Shown here piece by piece: positions 9,337 through 17,273 of a DNA stretch of 64,000 bases. The DNA comes from an uncultured Alistipes sp. (GTDB lineage: Bacteria; Bacteroidota; Bacteroidia; Bacteroidales; Rikenellaceae): contig CALVCS010000012.1 in assembly GCA_944326035.1 (NCBI GenBank), forward strand, positions 5,534 to 69,533. The letters are read 5' to 3'. The translations under genes and the position numbers were made by a program. Positions within the stretch are counted from its first letter, which is position 1; every line of letters starts with the position of its first letter. The notes beneath the pieces are model-generated. The model saw only the letters and a program-made list of their open reading frames with translations, searched no databases and was not told the DNA's origin.

Positions 9337-9460
9337 GGGAGTGAATTTTAGTGAATTTTAAGTGAGGAGAGATAGTTTGTCCGGAAAATCGCGGGAGACG
9401 ATCTCCGTTTACCAAAGATACGCATAAAACGGGATTTGCGGAAAACCGGGGAAAAATTGC

Positions 9461-9468
9461 TATTTTTG
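9461..9468 (+). promoter_or_regulatory. -7 promoter element (TATTTTTG) for pepP
   Basis: Exact TAnnTTTG, 58 nt upstream of the ATG at 9527. Confidence 0.45.
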
Positions 9469-9526
9469 GGAAAGCTTTTCGGAATTTCGGTTCCGATCCA
9501 TTCATCAACCAAACCTATCTCCTCTC

Positions 9527-10927
9527 ATGTTCGATAAAAAGACCTACATAAACCGACGTCAGGCCCTTAAGGCTCGGTTAAAAAACGGCGTGGTCCTGCT
9601 GCCCGGCAACAGTGAATCATCCGCCAATTATCCCAGCAACACCTATCTGTTCCGTCAGGACAGTACATTTCTCTACTTTTTCGGGCTCAATCACCCGGAT
9701 TATGCCGCTCTAATCGACCTGGATTCCGGTGAAGAGATCCTCTACGGGGATGATTACTCGATCGACGATATCATCTGGATGGGTCCCCAGCCAACCCTGG
9801 CCGAACAGGCCGAACAGGTGGGTGTAACCCGTACCGCCCCTTTGCAGGCTATTGAAGAGCGGCTGAAAAAGGCGATCGGCCAGGGTCGGCGCATCCATTT
9901 CCTGCCCCCCTATCGCGGGGAAACTACGCTGAGAATGGCCTCCTGGCTCGGCATTCAACCCCAACGGTTGAGCGATTATGTCTCCGTGGAATTGGCCGTA
10001 GCGGTCGTTGCGCTGCGTGAGATCAAGGATGACCAAGAAATCGCCGAAATGGAACGAGCCTGCGCCATCGCCACCGAGATGCATACCCTGGCCATGGCCA
10101 TGTGCCGTCCGGGCGTTGTCGAACAACAGATTTCCGGGGCGCTCGATGGGGTCGCCCTACGGGCCGGGGCCGGCGTTTCGTTCCCCTCCATCGTCAGCCA
10201 GAATGGGGAAACCCTCCATAACCACTACCATGGCAATGTCCTGACCGACGGTCGCCTGCTGTTGGTCGATGCCGGGGCCGAAACCAATCTGAACTACTGC
10301 AGCGACTTCACCCGGACATTCCCGGTCAACGGGCGCTTCACGACGCGCCAGAAAGAGGTGTACGATATCGTTCTGGCGGCCAATGACCGGGCTTTCGAAC
10401 TGTCGCGTCCCGACGTATGCTACTGGCAGATTCACAACGCGGCCTGTCTGGTGATCGCCGAAGGGCTCAAGGCGTTGGGATTGATGCAGGGCGATATGCA
10501 GGAAGCCGTGGCGGCCGGTGCGCAAGCGCTGTTCATGCCTCACGGTTTGGGCCATCAGGTGGGACTGGATGTCCACGACATGGAGAACATCGGCGAAAAA
10601 TATGTCGGCTACGATGAAGAGACCTTGCGCAGTTCGACCCCCGGACTCTCGTCGCTGCGCATGGGAAAACGGCTCAAGCCGGGACAGGTCATCACCGTCG
10701 AACCGGGCATCTATTTCATCCCGGCCCTGGTAGACAAATGGGGAAAAGAGGGCCTGGGCGGTGAGTTCATCAATTATGCCCGGGTGCGTGAATACCTCGA
10801 CTTCGGCGGTATCCGGATCGAAGACAATCTGCTGGTTACCCCCACGGGCAATCGGCTGATGGGCAAACATCGTCCGCCGGTCACTACGGAAGAAATCGAA
10901 ACCTATATGGCCGAACATCGTCAATAA
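9527..10927 (+). CDS. pepP: Xaa-Pro aminopeptidase (M24B, aminopeptidase P family)
   Basis: 466 aa. AMP_N-like N-terminal domain. Metal-ligand motifs DAGAE..., HGLGHQVGLDVHD, EPGIY and IRIED. Confidence 0.85.
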   Translation: MFDKKTYINRRQALKARLKNGVVLLPGNSESSANYPSNTYLFRQDSTFLYFFGLNHPDYAALIDLDSGEEILYGDDYSIDDIIWMGPQPTLAEQAEQVGVTRTAPLQAIEERLKKAIGQGRRIHFLPPYRGETTLRMASWLGIQPQRLSDYVSVELAVAVVALREIKDDQEIAEMERACAIATEMHTLAMAMCRPGVVEQQISGALDGVALRAGAGVSFPSIVSQNGETLHNHYHGNVLTDGRLLLVDAGAETNLNYCSDFTRTFPVNGRFTTRQKEVYDIVLAANDRAFELSRPDVCYWQIHNAACLVIAEGLKALGLMQGDMQEAVAAGAQALFMPHGLGHQVGLDVHDMENIGEKYVGYDEETLRSSTPGLSSLRMGKRLKPGQVITVEPGIYFIPALVDKWGKEGLGGEFINYARVREYLDFGGIRIEDNLLVTPTGNRLMGKHRPPVTTEEIETYMAEHRQ

Positions 10928-10950
10928 CCCCTCTCGACCAAGCTTTCAAG

Positions 10951-10990
10951 GACGGACAACTTTCGATGGACGGTTGTCCGTCTGTTTTTT
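10951..10990 (+). terminator. Intrinsic terminator after pepP
   Basis: gacggacaac-(12 nt)-gttgtccgtc followed by tgtttttt. Confidence 0.7.
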
Positions 10991-11021
10991 CCCGATTCGA
11001 GGCTCCCAAGGAACGGAGCAT

Positions 11022-11053
11022 TTCAATAGAAAAGGGCCGGGATCTGTCGATCC
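11022..11053 (-). terminator. Intrinsic terminator after nrdG
   Basis: 13-bp stem aaagggccgggat/atcccggcccttt. On the minus strand it is followed by UUCUAUU. Confidence 0.6.
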
Positions 11054-11083
11054 CGGCCCTTTCACCGCTTTAGACTCCCCATC

Positions 11084-11728
11084 TTACGGATGTCGAACCG
11101 GCAAATAATCCGCGAGAATCCCTTCGCCACCCGGATGACGGAACGGGTGCACCACATAAGGGTCATTGGCAAACAGTCGCTCCAAGGCCTGTCGTTCGGT
11201 CGGAGTATGCACGCCCGGCACCAACGTCGTCCGAAACTGATACTCGATGCCGGATTGCCGGAGCAAGGCGATCGAGCGATGGATGCGCTCCATCCCTCCC
11301 GGAGTGATATTGGGCGTCACCCGCGCATAATATGCCAGCTGGGGAAGGTGTTTGATGTCCATGGCGACCGCATCGACCCACCCCCGGGCGATAAACGTCT
11401 CCAACAGATCGGGACGGGTTCCGTTGGTATCCAATTTGACCCGATAGCCCAGGGACTTGAGTTTCGACAGAAAATCCGCCAGATCGGGTTGCATGGTCGG
11501 TTCTCCGCCGGTGATGACGACGCCTTCGAGCCAATGGCGCCGCAGGGTGAGGTAGTCCCAAATCGCCCGTTCCTCCAGATCGGCCCGATGGTTGAGCAAC
11601 TGGGGCAGCACCAACGACGGATTGTGGCAATATCCACAACGGAAATTACACCATTTGGTGAAGATGACCGCCGCCAATACCCCCTCCCAATCGATCAGAC
11701 TCTGTTTGACAAATCCGCCTATACGCAT
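11084..11728 (-). CDS. nrdG: Anaerobic ribonucleoside-triphosphate reductase activating protein (radical SAM)
   Basis: CNFRCGYCHNP radical-SAM cluster motif 25 aa after the ATG at 11728 (MRIGGFVKQSLIDWEG...). Lies directly downstream of nrdD. The longer listed ORF start (11857) overlaps the nrdD 3' end. Confidence 0.9.
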   Translation of the reverse strand: MRIGGFVKQSLIDWEGVLAAVIFTKWCNFRCGYCHNPSLVLPQLLNHRADLEERAIWDYLTLRRHWLEGVVITGGEPTMQPDLADFLSKLKSLGYRVKLDTNGTRPDLLETFIARGWVDAVAMDIKHLPQLAYYARVTPNITPGGMERIHRSIALLRQSGIEYQFRTTLVPGVHTPTERQALERLFANDPYVVHPFRHPGGEGILADYLPVRHP

Positions 11729-11786
11729 GGTTTTCGTTTTTGAAGGGATCCATGATCGGTTGCACCGCACGCGAAAAAGCGTACGA

Positions 11787-13919
11787 TCAAACAGCCTCGT
11801 TCTCCACGATCCGGCGGTCAAACAAACGGCGATCGGCGAACTCTTCCCGTTTACCATCGTTCCATTGGCTCACCGGTCGCATATACCCCACGATCCGGCT
11901 ATACACTTCTGCCCGACTTCCGCAGTGCGGACAGGTGAAGTGTTCCCCCGAAAGATGCCCGTGCGAAGGACAGATGCTGAACGAAGGCGACAGAGTAACG
12001 TAGGGCAGACGGAACGTGGAGGTCACCTTACGGATCATGTTTTTGGCGGCGGCCGGCGAAACCGCTTGTTCTCCCGTGAAGACATGGAACACCGTCCCCC
12101 CGGTATAGAGGGTCTGGAGAGGATCCTGTAACGTCAGGGCCTCGTACAGATCGTCGGTATAGTTGACCGGGAGGTGGGTGGAGTTGGTGTAATAGGGTTT
12201 GGCCCCCCGTTGACGATAGGCCTCCTGATTGGCCACGACGATCTCCGGATAACGTGCCGTATCGAGCATCGCAAACCGATAGGCGGTGCTTTCGGCAGGG
12301 GTGGCCTCCAGGTTGTAGATGTTGCCGGTCTCTTCCTGGAAAAGCGTCATCACCTCCCGCATGAAGAGCATCACCTTCTGCGCGAAGGCACTTCCCTGAG
12401 GCGTAGCGATCGAAACCCCCAGAAAATTCTGACAGCACTCGTTCATGCCATTGATACCGATCGTCGAAAAGTGATTTTTCCAGTAACAGCCGAAGCGCTG
12501 GTACACATGCCTCAGATAGAATTTCGAATAGGGATACAGTCCCCGTTCGGTATAACGTTCGATCACCTTGCGTTTGGTTTCGAGGCTCTCACGCGCCAGC
12601 TCCATGAGTCGGCGCAGCCGTTGGAAAAAGTCCGCTTCCGACGACGCCTCATAACCCAACCGGGCCATATTGAGGGTCACCACCCCGACCGATCCGGTCA
12701 GCGGATTGGCCGCAAACAACCCTCCGCCCCGTTTCATCAACTCCCGCTTGTCGAGCCGCAGACGACAGCACATACTGCGCACATCGTCGGGTTTCATATC
12801 CGAATTGACGAAGTTCGAGAAGTAAGGAATGCCGTATTTCGCCGTCATGGCCCAGATGCCCTCATAGTCGGGATTTTCCCAATCGAAATCGGGGGTGATG
12901 TTGTAGGTCGGAATCGGAAACGAGAAGAGACTGCCCGCCGCATCGCCGGCACACATCACCTCGGCGAAGGCCCGGTTGAAGAGCGTCACCTCCGCCTGGA
13001 AATCACCGTAGACCGCCTCTTTGATCTCTCCGCCGTGCACCACCGGCTCGTTTTTCAGGAAATCGGGCACCACCAGATCCATCGTGATATTGGTAAAGGG
13101 GGTCTGGAAGCCCACCCGCGTGGGCACATTGAGGTTGAACAGAAACTCCTGCAGCGCCTGTTTCACCTGCTCATACGTCAATCCGTCATAGCGGATATAA
13201 GGAGCCAGGAAGGTGTCGAAATTGGAGAAGGCCTGGGCCCCGGCCGCTTCGCCCTGCATGGTGTAGAAAAAATTGACGATCTGTCCCAGGGCCGTCCGCA
13301 GATGTTTGGCCGGAGAGCTCTGGGCCTTGCCCACGACCCCCCGGAATCCGGTCAACAACAGATCCTTCAGGTCCCATCCCACGCAGTAAACACTCAGAAA
13401 CCCCAGATCGTGGATATGCAGGGCTCCGCTGCGATGGGCCTCGGCCACCGGTTCACTGTACAGACGGCTCAACCAATATTGCGACGTGATTTTGGTCGAA
13501 ATATGCTGATTGAGGCCTTGGAGCGAATAGGAGGAGTTGGCGCTCTCCTTCACCCGCCAATCGGAGCCGTCGAGATAGTCGTCGATCACCGCCAGATTGG
13601 AGAGCATGGCTTTGGAATCGCGCAACTGTTCATGCTTTTTGCGATACAGCAGGTAACTTTTCAACAACTCGAAGTGACCGTAATCGTACAACACCCGCTC
13701 AACGACATCCTGTACCTGTTCGACATGCGGGGTCTGTGCGGGACGCTCCCGATAGAGAAAGTCGATCACCTCCCAGCACAGCCGGTGCGCTTCCTGCGCA
13801 TCGAAAAGTCCGACCGACTGCATGGCCTTAAAAATAGCCTGTTCGATTTTTTCGGGTCTGAATTCGACCTCTTGGCCGTTTCGTTTCACGATCCGGCCGA
13901 AATGGGCAGTTCCATTCAT
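11787..13919 (-). CDS. nrdD: Anaerobic (class III) ribonucleoside-triphosphate reductase
   Basis: 710 aa. N-terminal ATP-cone-like region. C-terminal Zn ribbon (CPSHGH...CPHCG) followed by the glycyl-radical motif SRIVGYMRPV. Confidence 0.95.
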   Translation of the reverse strand: MNGTAHFGRIVKRNGQEVEFRPEKIEQAIFKAMQSVGLFDAQEAHRLCWEVIDFLYRERPAQTPHVEQVQDVVERVLYDYGHFELLKSYLLYRKKHEQLRDSKAMLSNLAVIDDYLDGSDWRVKESANSSYSLQGLNQHISTKITSQYWLSRLYSEPVAEAHRSGALHIHDLGFLSVYCVGWDLKDLLLTGFRGVVGKAQSSPAKHLRTALGQIVNFFYTMQGEAAGAQAFSNFDTFLAPYIRYDGLTYEQVKQALQEFLFNLNVPTRVGFQTPFTNITMDLVVPDFLKNEPVVHGGEIKEAVYGDFQAEVTLFNRAFAEVMCAGDAAGSLFSFPIPTYNITPDFDWENPDYEGIWAMTAKYGIPYFSNFVNSDMKPDDVRSMCCRLRLDKRELMKRGGGLFAANPLTGSVGVVTLNMARLGYEASSEADFFQRLRRLMELARESLETKRKVIERYTERGLYPYSKFYLRHVYQRFGCYWKNHFSTIGINGMNECCQNFLGVSIATPQGSAFAQKVMLFMREVMTLFQEETGNIYNLEATPAESTAYRFAMLDTARYPEIVVANQEAYRQRGAKPYYTNSTHLPVNYTDDLYEALTLQDPLQTLYTGGTVFHVFTGEQAVSPAAAKNMIRKVTSTFRLPYVTLSPSFSICPSHGHLSGEHFTCPHCGSRAEVYSRIVGYMRPVSQWNDGKREEFADRRLFDRRIVENEAV

Positions 13920-13973
13920 TCTGACAAAATTTTAAAGGTTAATGTCCAGATACAATGGAAACTCCGGGGAAGG

Positions 13974-14008
13974 AAATAAAAAGAAGATCCGCCGCCCGAG
14001 GCGCGGTC
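13974..14008 (-). terminator. Intrinsic terminator / expression platform of the B12 riboswitch
   Basis: Minus-strand GACCGCGCC-UCG-GGCGGCGG GC-rich hairpin followed by AUCUUCUUUUUAUUU. It lies 55 nt upstream of the nrdD ATG. Confidence 0.6.
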
Positions 14009-14047
14009 ATCCGTTCGCTTTTCACCCGAAAGCTCCAGTGGATCGTT

Positions 14048-14220
14048 ACCGGGCAGGTCTTCTGACTCGTTTCGGGCGGTGCGCCTTCCCATTGAATGGT
14101 TCAACAGTGGCCAAGGATGCACGTTCCGGGAAAATGAAACTCACAGCTACGGGGATAGTCCCTGATTTTCACAGGATTCCCTTTTGATCCCTCGGCCCGG
14201 AAGGGCGTCGGGAACCCGGT
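14048..14220 (-). promoter_or_regulatory. Cobalamin (B12) riboswitch aptamer in the nrdDG leader
   Basis: The minus strand reads ACCGGGUUCCC...AAAAGGGAAUCCUGUGAAAAUCAGGGACUAUCCCCGUAGCUGUGAG...GCCACUG(B12 box, + strand cagtggc 14105-14111)...GGGAAGGCG...GAGUCAGAAGACCUGCCCGGU. P1 is closed by ACCGGG/CCCGGU. The order and spacing of blocks match the cobalamin riboswitch consensus. Confidence 0.85.
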
Positions 14221-14228
14221 ATCTGTCA

Positions 14229-14236
14229 CAAAAGTA
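14229..14236 (-). promoter_or_regulatory. Bacteroidota -7 promoter element (TACTTTTG) for the riboswitch-nrdDG transcript
   Basis: Exact TAnnTTTG match 8 nt upstream of riboswitch stem P1. Confidence 0.55.
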
Positions 14237-14406
14237 AGCAGGAGATGCCGCATCCCTCCTCCTTTCGGCCGACAGTTGCCAACATTTTACAAACACCCCC
14301 TTCGCAAAGCCTCGGGCGACAGCGGGAGCGGGCCGCAACCCTGGAGTCCGACGCCCAACGCCCGATCCGAAAGCCCTGCGCAACCGGGCTTCTCGACAGA
14401 CAAAAC

Positions 14407-14434
14407 GGGCGCACTCTTCAAAAAGAGTGCGCCC
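14407..14434 (-). terminator. Hairpin terminator after the 907-aa gene
   Basis: Perfect 12-bp stem gggcgcactctt/aagagtgcgccc with a 4-nt loop. On the minus strand it is followed by GUUUUGU. Confidence 0.65.
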
Positions 14435-14459
14435 GCCTCATGCCGACCGTTTTCGGCGG

Positions 14460-17183
14460 CTATTTTTCCAACAGAATGAACATCCCTTCGCGTCCCATGA
14501 TTTCGAACGGTTTCTCCAACGAGAAGGGCGCATTGGCCAATCCGTTGCGATCGGAGAAGTGGGTCTTCCCCCACTGCAAATCCCGAACCTCCGGCAAGCT
14601 GATCTTCGAAGGTGTAAAGCCCAACAGCTTTTCATCGACCTGGATGGTCCCCGTTTGGGGCAGATCGGTCCAGTTGGCGACGGCAATCAACGCTTTATCC
14701 GGCTGCACATAGATCGAAGCGACCAGGTCCGGGTTATCCGTCTTGACCGGACATTTTTCGTCCCAGAAACCGACCAACCGCGCCTTTTTCATCCCGAAGT
14801 CATCCCACAATCGCCACATCGAAACCGGATTCCCGCTCCACGGTAACCGCGGCAACATTCCGAAAACCATGCCTCGATAGGTATTGTGCGCATCCAGCGT
14901 TTCGCTCATCAGCCCGAACGGAATCCCCGACATTTCGACCAGCCAGAAATCGGGGGTATTGTCGGCCTGGAAGCCTTCCCCGATCCAGAGCCGATCCACA
15001 TACGGCAACAGATCTATGTAGAGTTGAATGGAGTTGGCATATCCGGCAAAGGGATTCATGTGGTTCCAGGTGTGGATATCCACCACCCGATGTTTGCCGT
15101 CCCGGTCCAGAATCCGACGGGCTCGTTGCAACGTTTTGTGATCCAACGCACTGTCATCGATATACATCCCATCGATGCCCATATGGCCAATCATCCAGTC
15201 GAGCCCTTCGAGGTAGTAGTTGTTCCAGCGCGAATCGGGGGTCGTAATGACCGAAATATCCATATCTCCCTTATATTTCCCCTCCTGGAAAGCACAGTAC
15301 CAGGCCGGAATGAAGTGCGCCTTGAGGTTTTCGATCAACCACGGATTGGGCCCGCTCTTATGAATCATCGTACGGGTATCTTTTCCCGGTCCATCGCAGA
15401 TCACCTCCCCGCCCAGGCTCCGCAGAGCCCACAGTTCCGGAGTTTTGACCGTCAACTCCCGGGTGGTGTAGTAGGGACGTACCATCAGGCCGCGCGCATG
15501 GGCCTTCTCGATAAAGGCTTTGAAATCGGCGATCGAATGATCGTGATAGGGATAATTGATGTAGGGATAAATATCCTTTTTATGGTGGATGTTGATCATC
15601 GTAGCGCCGGTCTGCGCCGCAATGTCGATATAGGGTGCGCTGACGTCGCTGTTCGAGTGATAAAAATGCTCGGTCGCCATCATCGGCAAATTCAGCGGCT
15701 TGAGCGGGGTGATCGTCATATCGAAATCGAACTGCAGGGACTCCCCTTTCTGCATCGCCCGCGGACCGCTGAAGGCCGTCAACAGTACCTGATCGTTCGG
15801 GGTATCGGCGATATCAATTCCGCCCAGACCGTCATTGCCCCACGAATCGGGCATCTTCAGTTTCCCCAACGCATAGTAAATATTGACCAACGGACGGCGG
15901 TAATTGCCCCCCTTAAAGACAAAGTTCAGGCCGGCATTCACGTTGCCCATCCAGATTTTATCCTGATGTCGGTTCACGTTCCAATGCCACACGAAAGTCG
16001 AATCGGGACGATATCCGCCCTTGTTACCCAGCCCCATCCAATAGCGCGAAGCATAACGCGTATAGGGCACTTCCAGCCGGATATCCCGAACCTCGATGTC
16101 GGTCAAGGAGGTCACCTTCAGCTGATAGGCCACCGTTCCGTCGTACTCGAAAGTCCCGGTACACAGGACATTGAAGCGTTTATTTTTCTGGGTAAGCTGC
16201 CAGCTCACCTGGGCGTCGTTTTGGGACAGAATCCGCCATTTCCCACCCGAGAGAGTCTCTTCCCCGTCGGCCGTTTCGATGACCAGGCGGATTTCATCCC
16301 CCAGAACCGCATTGCGAACGCTATCCGAGAGCAGATTGTCCTGCCCGTAACGGGTGACGATGCCGGTCGGAAGTCCCGTCGTCGGAGAGAGATCGAGCGT
16401 CCCTCCCAGATACGAAATCGTATGCCCCTCGAGCTGAACGGGAATATAGGGTTTGGTCACGCTGTCCGCAAGGCCGATCGACGAGTCGAGCCAACCCAAG
16501 CGGGCTTTCCGCCAGGCTTCGTCCGTACCGTGGTTGGCGATGGGAGCTCCCTCCACGTCGATCTGGGCGTCGATAGTGATCGCCGGGGTATTGTCCGCCT
16601 GTACCTTCACCGTGCCCCGGTAGGTGCCCTGTGCCGTCTCCGGGATATTCATCACGATCCACAGCGCCTGAACAGAGTCTTTCCCCACCGAAACCGTCTT
16701 GCGGAAAGCCTTCCCGTCCTTATTGACACCCCCCAGATTGATACACTTCAGGGCGCTTTTCGGGATCCGCTTACCGTCGGCCGACCGAAAATCCGAAAAC
16801 TGAACCTGGAGGTTTTCCAACGGCCTATAAGGCGCATACACGCCGATCTGCCACGAGTAATATTCTCCCGGCGCACAACTGCCCTGGAAACGTGTCCGTT
16901 CAGCGGCCGGTCGCGACACCCAGGGGGCCGGCAGTGCCTCCATCAAACGAATGTCGTTTTTACGATCTTCCGTAAAACAGAAGAACTGAGCCGCCGGTTT
17001 TTCCGCCACAATCTTTTGCACATCGGCCGCCGAAGCCGGATCCTGCATCGGGGAGTGTTCCTCGGTAAATTGCCCTTTGACCAACAGATCGAAATAGGAG
17101 TTGGTGAGCTCCTCTTCCTGGGCCGAGAGCGAACCCACACACCATCCGCTCAACAGCGCCAGTAACCATACTTTTGTTCTCAT
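14460..17183 (-). CDS. Secreted putative glycoside hydrolase (GH123/DUF4091-like TIM-barrel C-terminal half)
   Basis: 907 aa. Signal peptide MRTKVWLLALLSGWCVGSLSAQ. The C-terminal region (HHKKDIYPYINYPYHD...ARGLMVRPYYTTRELT...GIDGMYIDDSALD) resembles Bacteroidota proteins annotated as glycoside hydrolase domain-containing. The activity is not established from sequence alone. Confidence 0.8.
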   Translation of the reverse strand: MRTKVWLLALLSGWCVGSLSAQEEELTNSYFDLLVKGQFTEEHSPMQDPASAADVQKIVAEKPAAQFFCFTEDRKNDIRLMEALPAPWVSRPAAERTRFQGSCAPGEYYSWQIGVYAPYRPLENLQVQFSDFRSADGKRIPKSALKCINLGGVNKDGKAFRKTVSVGKDSVQALWIVMNIPETAQGTYRGTVKVQADNTPAITIDAQIDVEGAPIANHGTDEAWRKARLGWLDSSIGLADSVTKPYIPVQLEGHTISYLGGTLDLSPTTGLPTGIVTRYGQDNLLSDSVRNAVLGDEIRLVIETADGEETLSGGKWRILSQNDAQVSWQLTQKNKRFNVLCTGTFEYDGTVAYQLKVTSLTDIEVRDIRLEVPYTRYASRYWMGLGNKGGYRPDSTFVWHWNVNRHQDKIWMGNVNAGLNFVFKGGNYRRPLVNIYYALGKLKMPDSWGNDGLGGIDIADTPNDQVLLTAFSGPRAMQKGESLQFDFDMTITPLKPLNLPMMATEHFYHSNSDVSAPYIDIAAQTGATMINIHHKKDIYPYINYPYHDHSIADFKAFIEKAHARGLMVRPYYTTRELTVKTPELWALRSLGGEVICDGPGKDTRTMIHKSGPNPWLIENLKAHFIPAWYCAFQEGKYKGDMDISVITTPDSRWNNYYLEGLDWMIGHMGIDGMYIDDSALDHKTLQRARRILDRDGKHRVVDIHTWNHMNPFAGYANSIQLYIDLLPYVDRLWIGEGFQADNTPDFWLVEMSGIPFGLMSETLDAHNTYRGMVFGMLPRLPWSGNPVSMWRLWDDFGMKKARLVGFWDEKCPVKTDNPDLVASIYVQPDKALIAVANWTDLPQTGTIQVDEKLLGFTPSKISLPEVRDLQWGKTHFSDRNGLANAPFSLEKPFEIMGREGMFILLEK

Positions 17184-17217
17184 ACAATGAATTCGGTTAT
17201 TCGGTTCATGATTTTTA

Positions 17218-17225
17218 CAAAGATA
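17218..17225 (-). promoter_or_regulatory. -7 promoter element (TATCTTTG) for the 907-aa gene
   Basis: Exact TAnnTTTG, 34 nt upstream of the ATG at 17183. Confidence 0.5.
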
Positions 17226-17273
17226 ACAGTCCGTTTCGAGATAACGAAGAGCCGGTCCAACGTTCTTGTCGCT

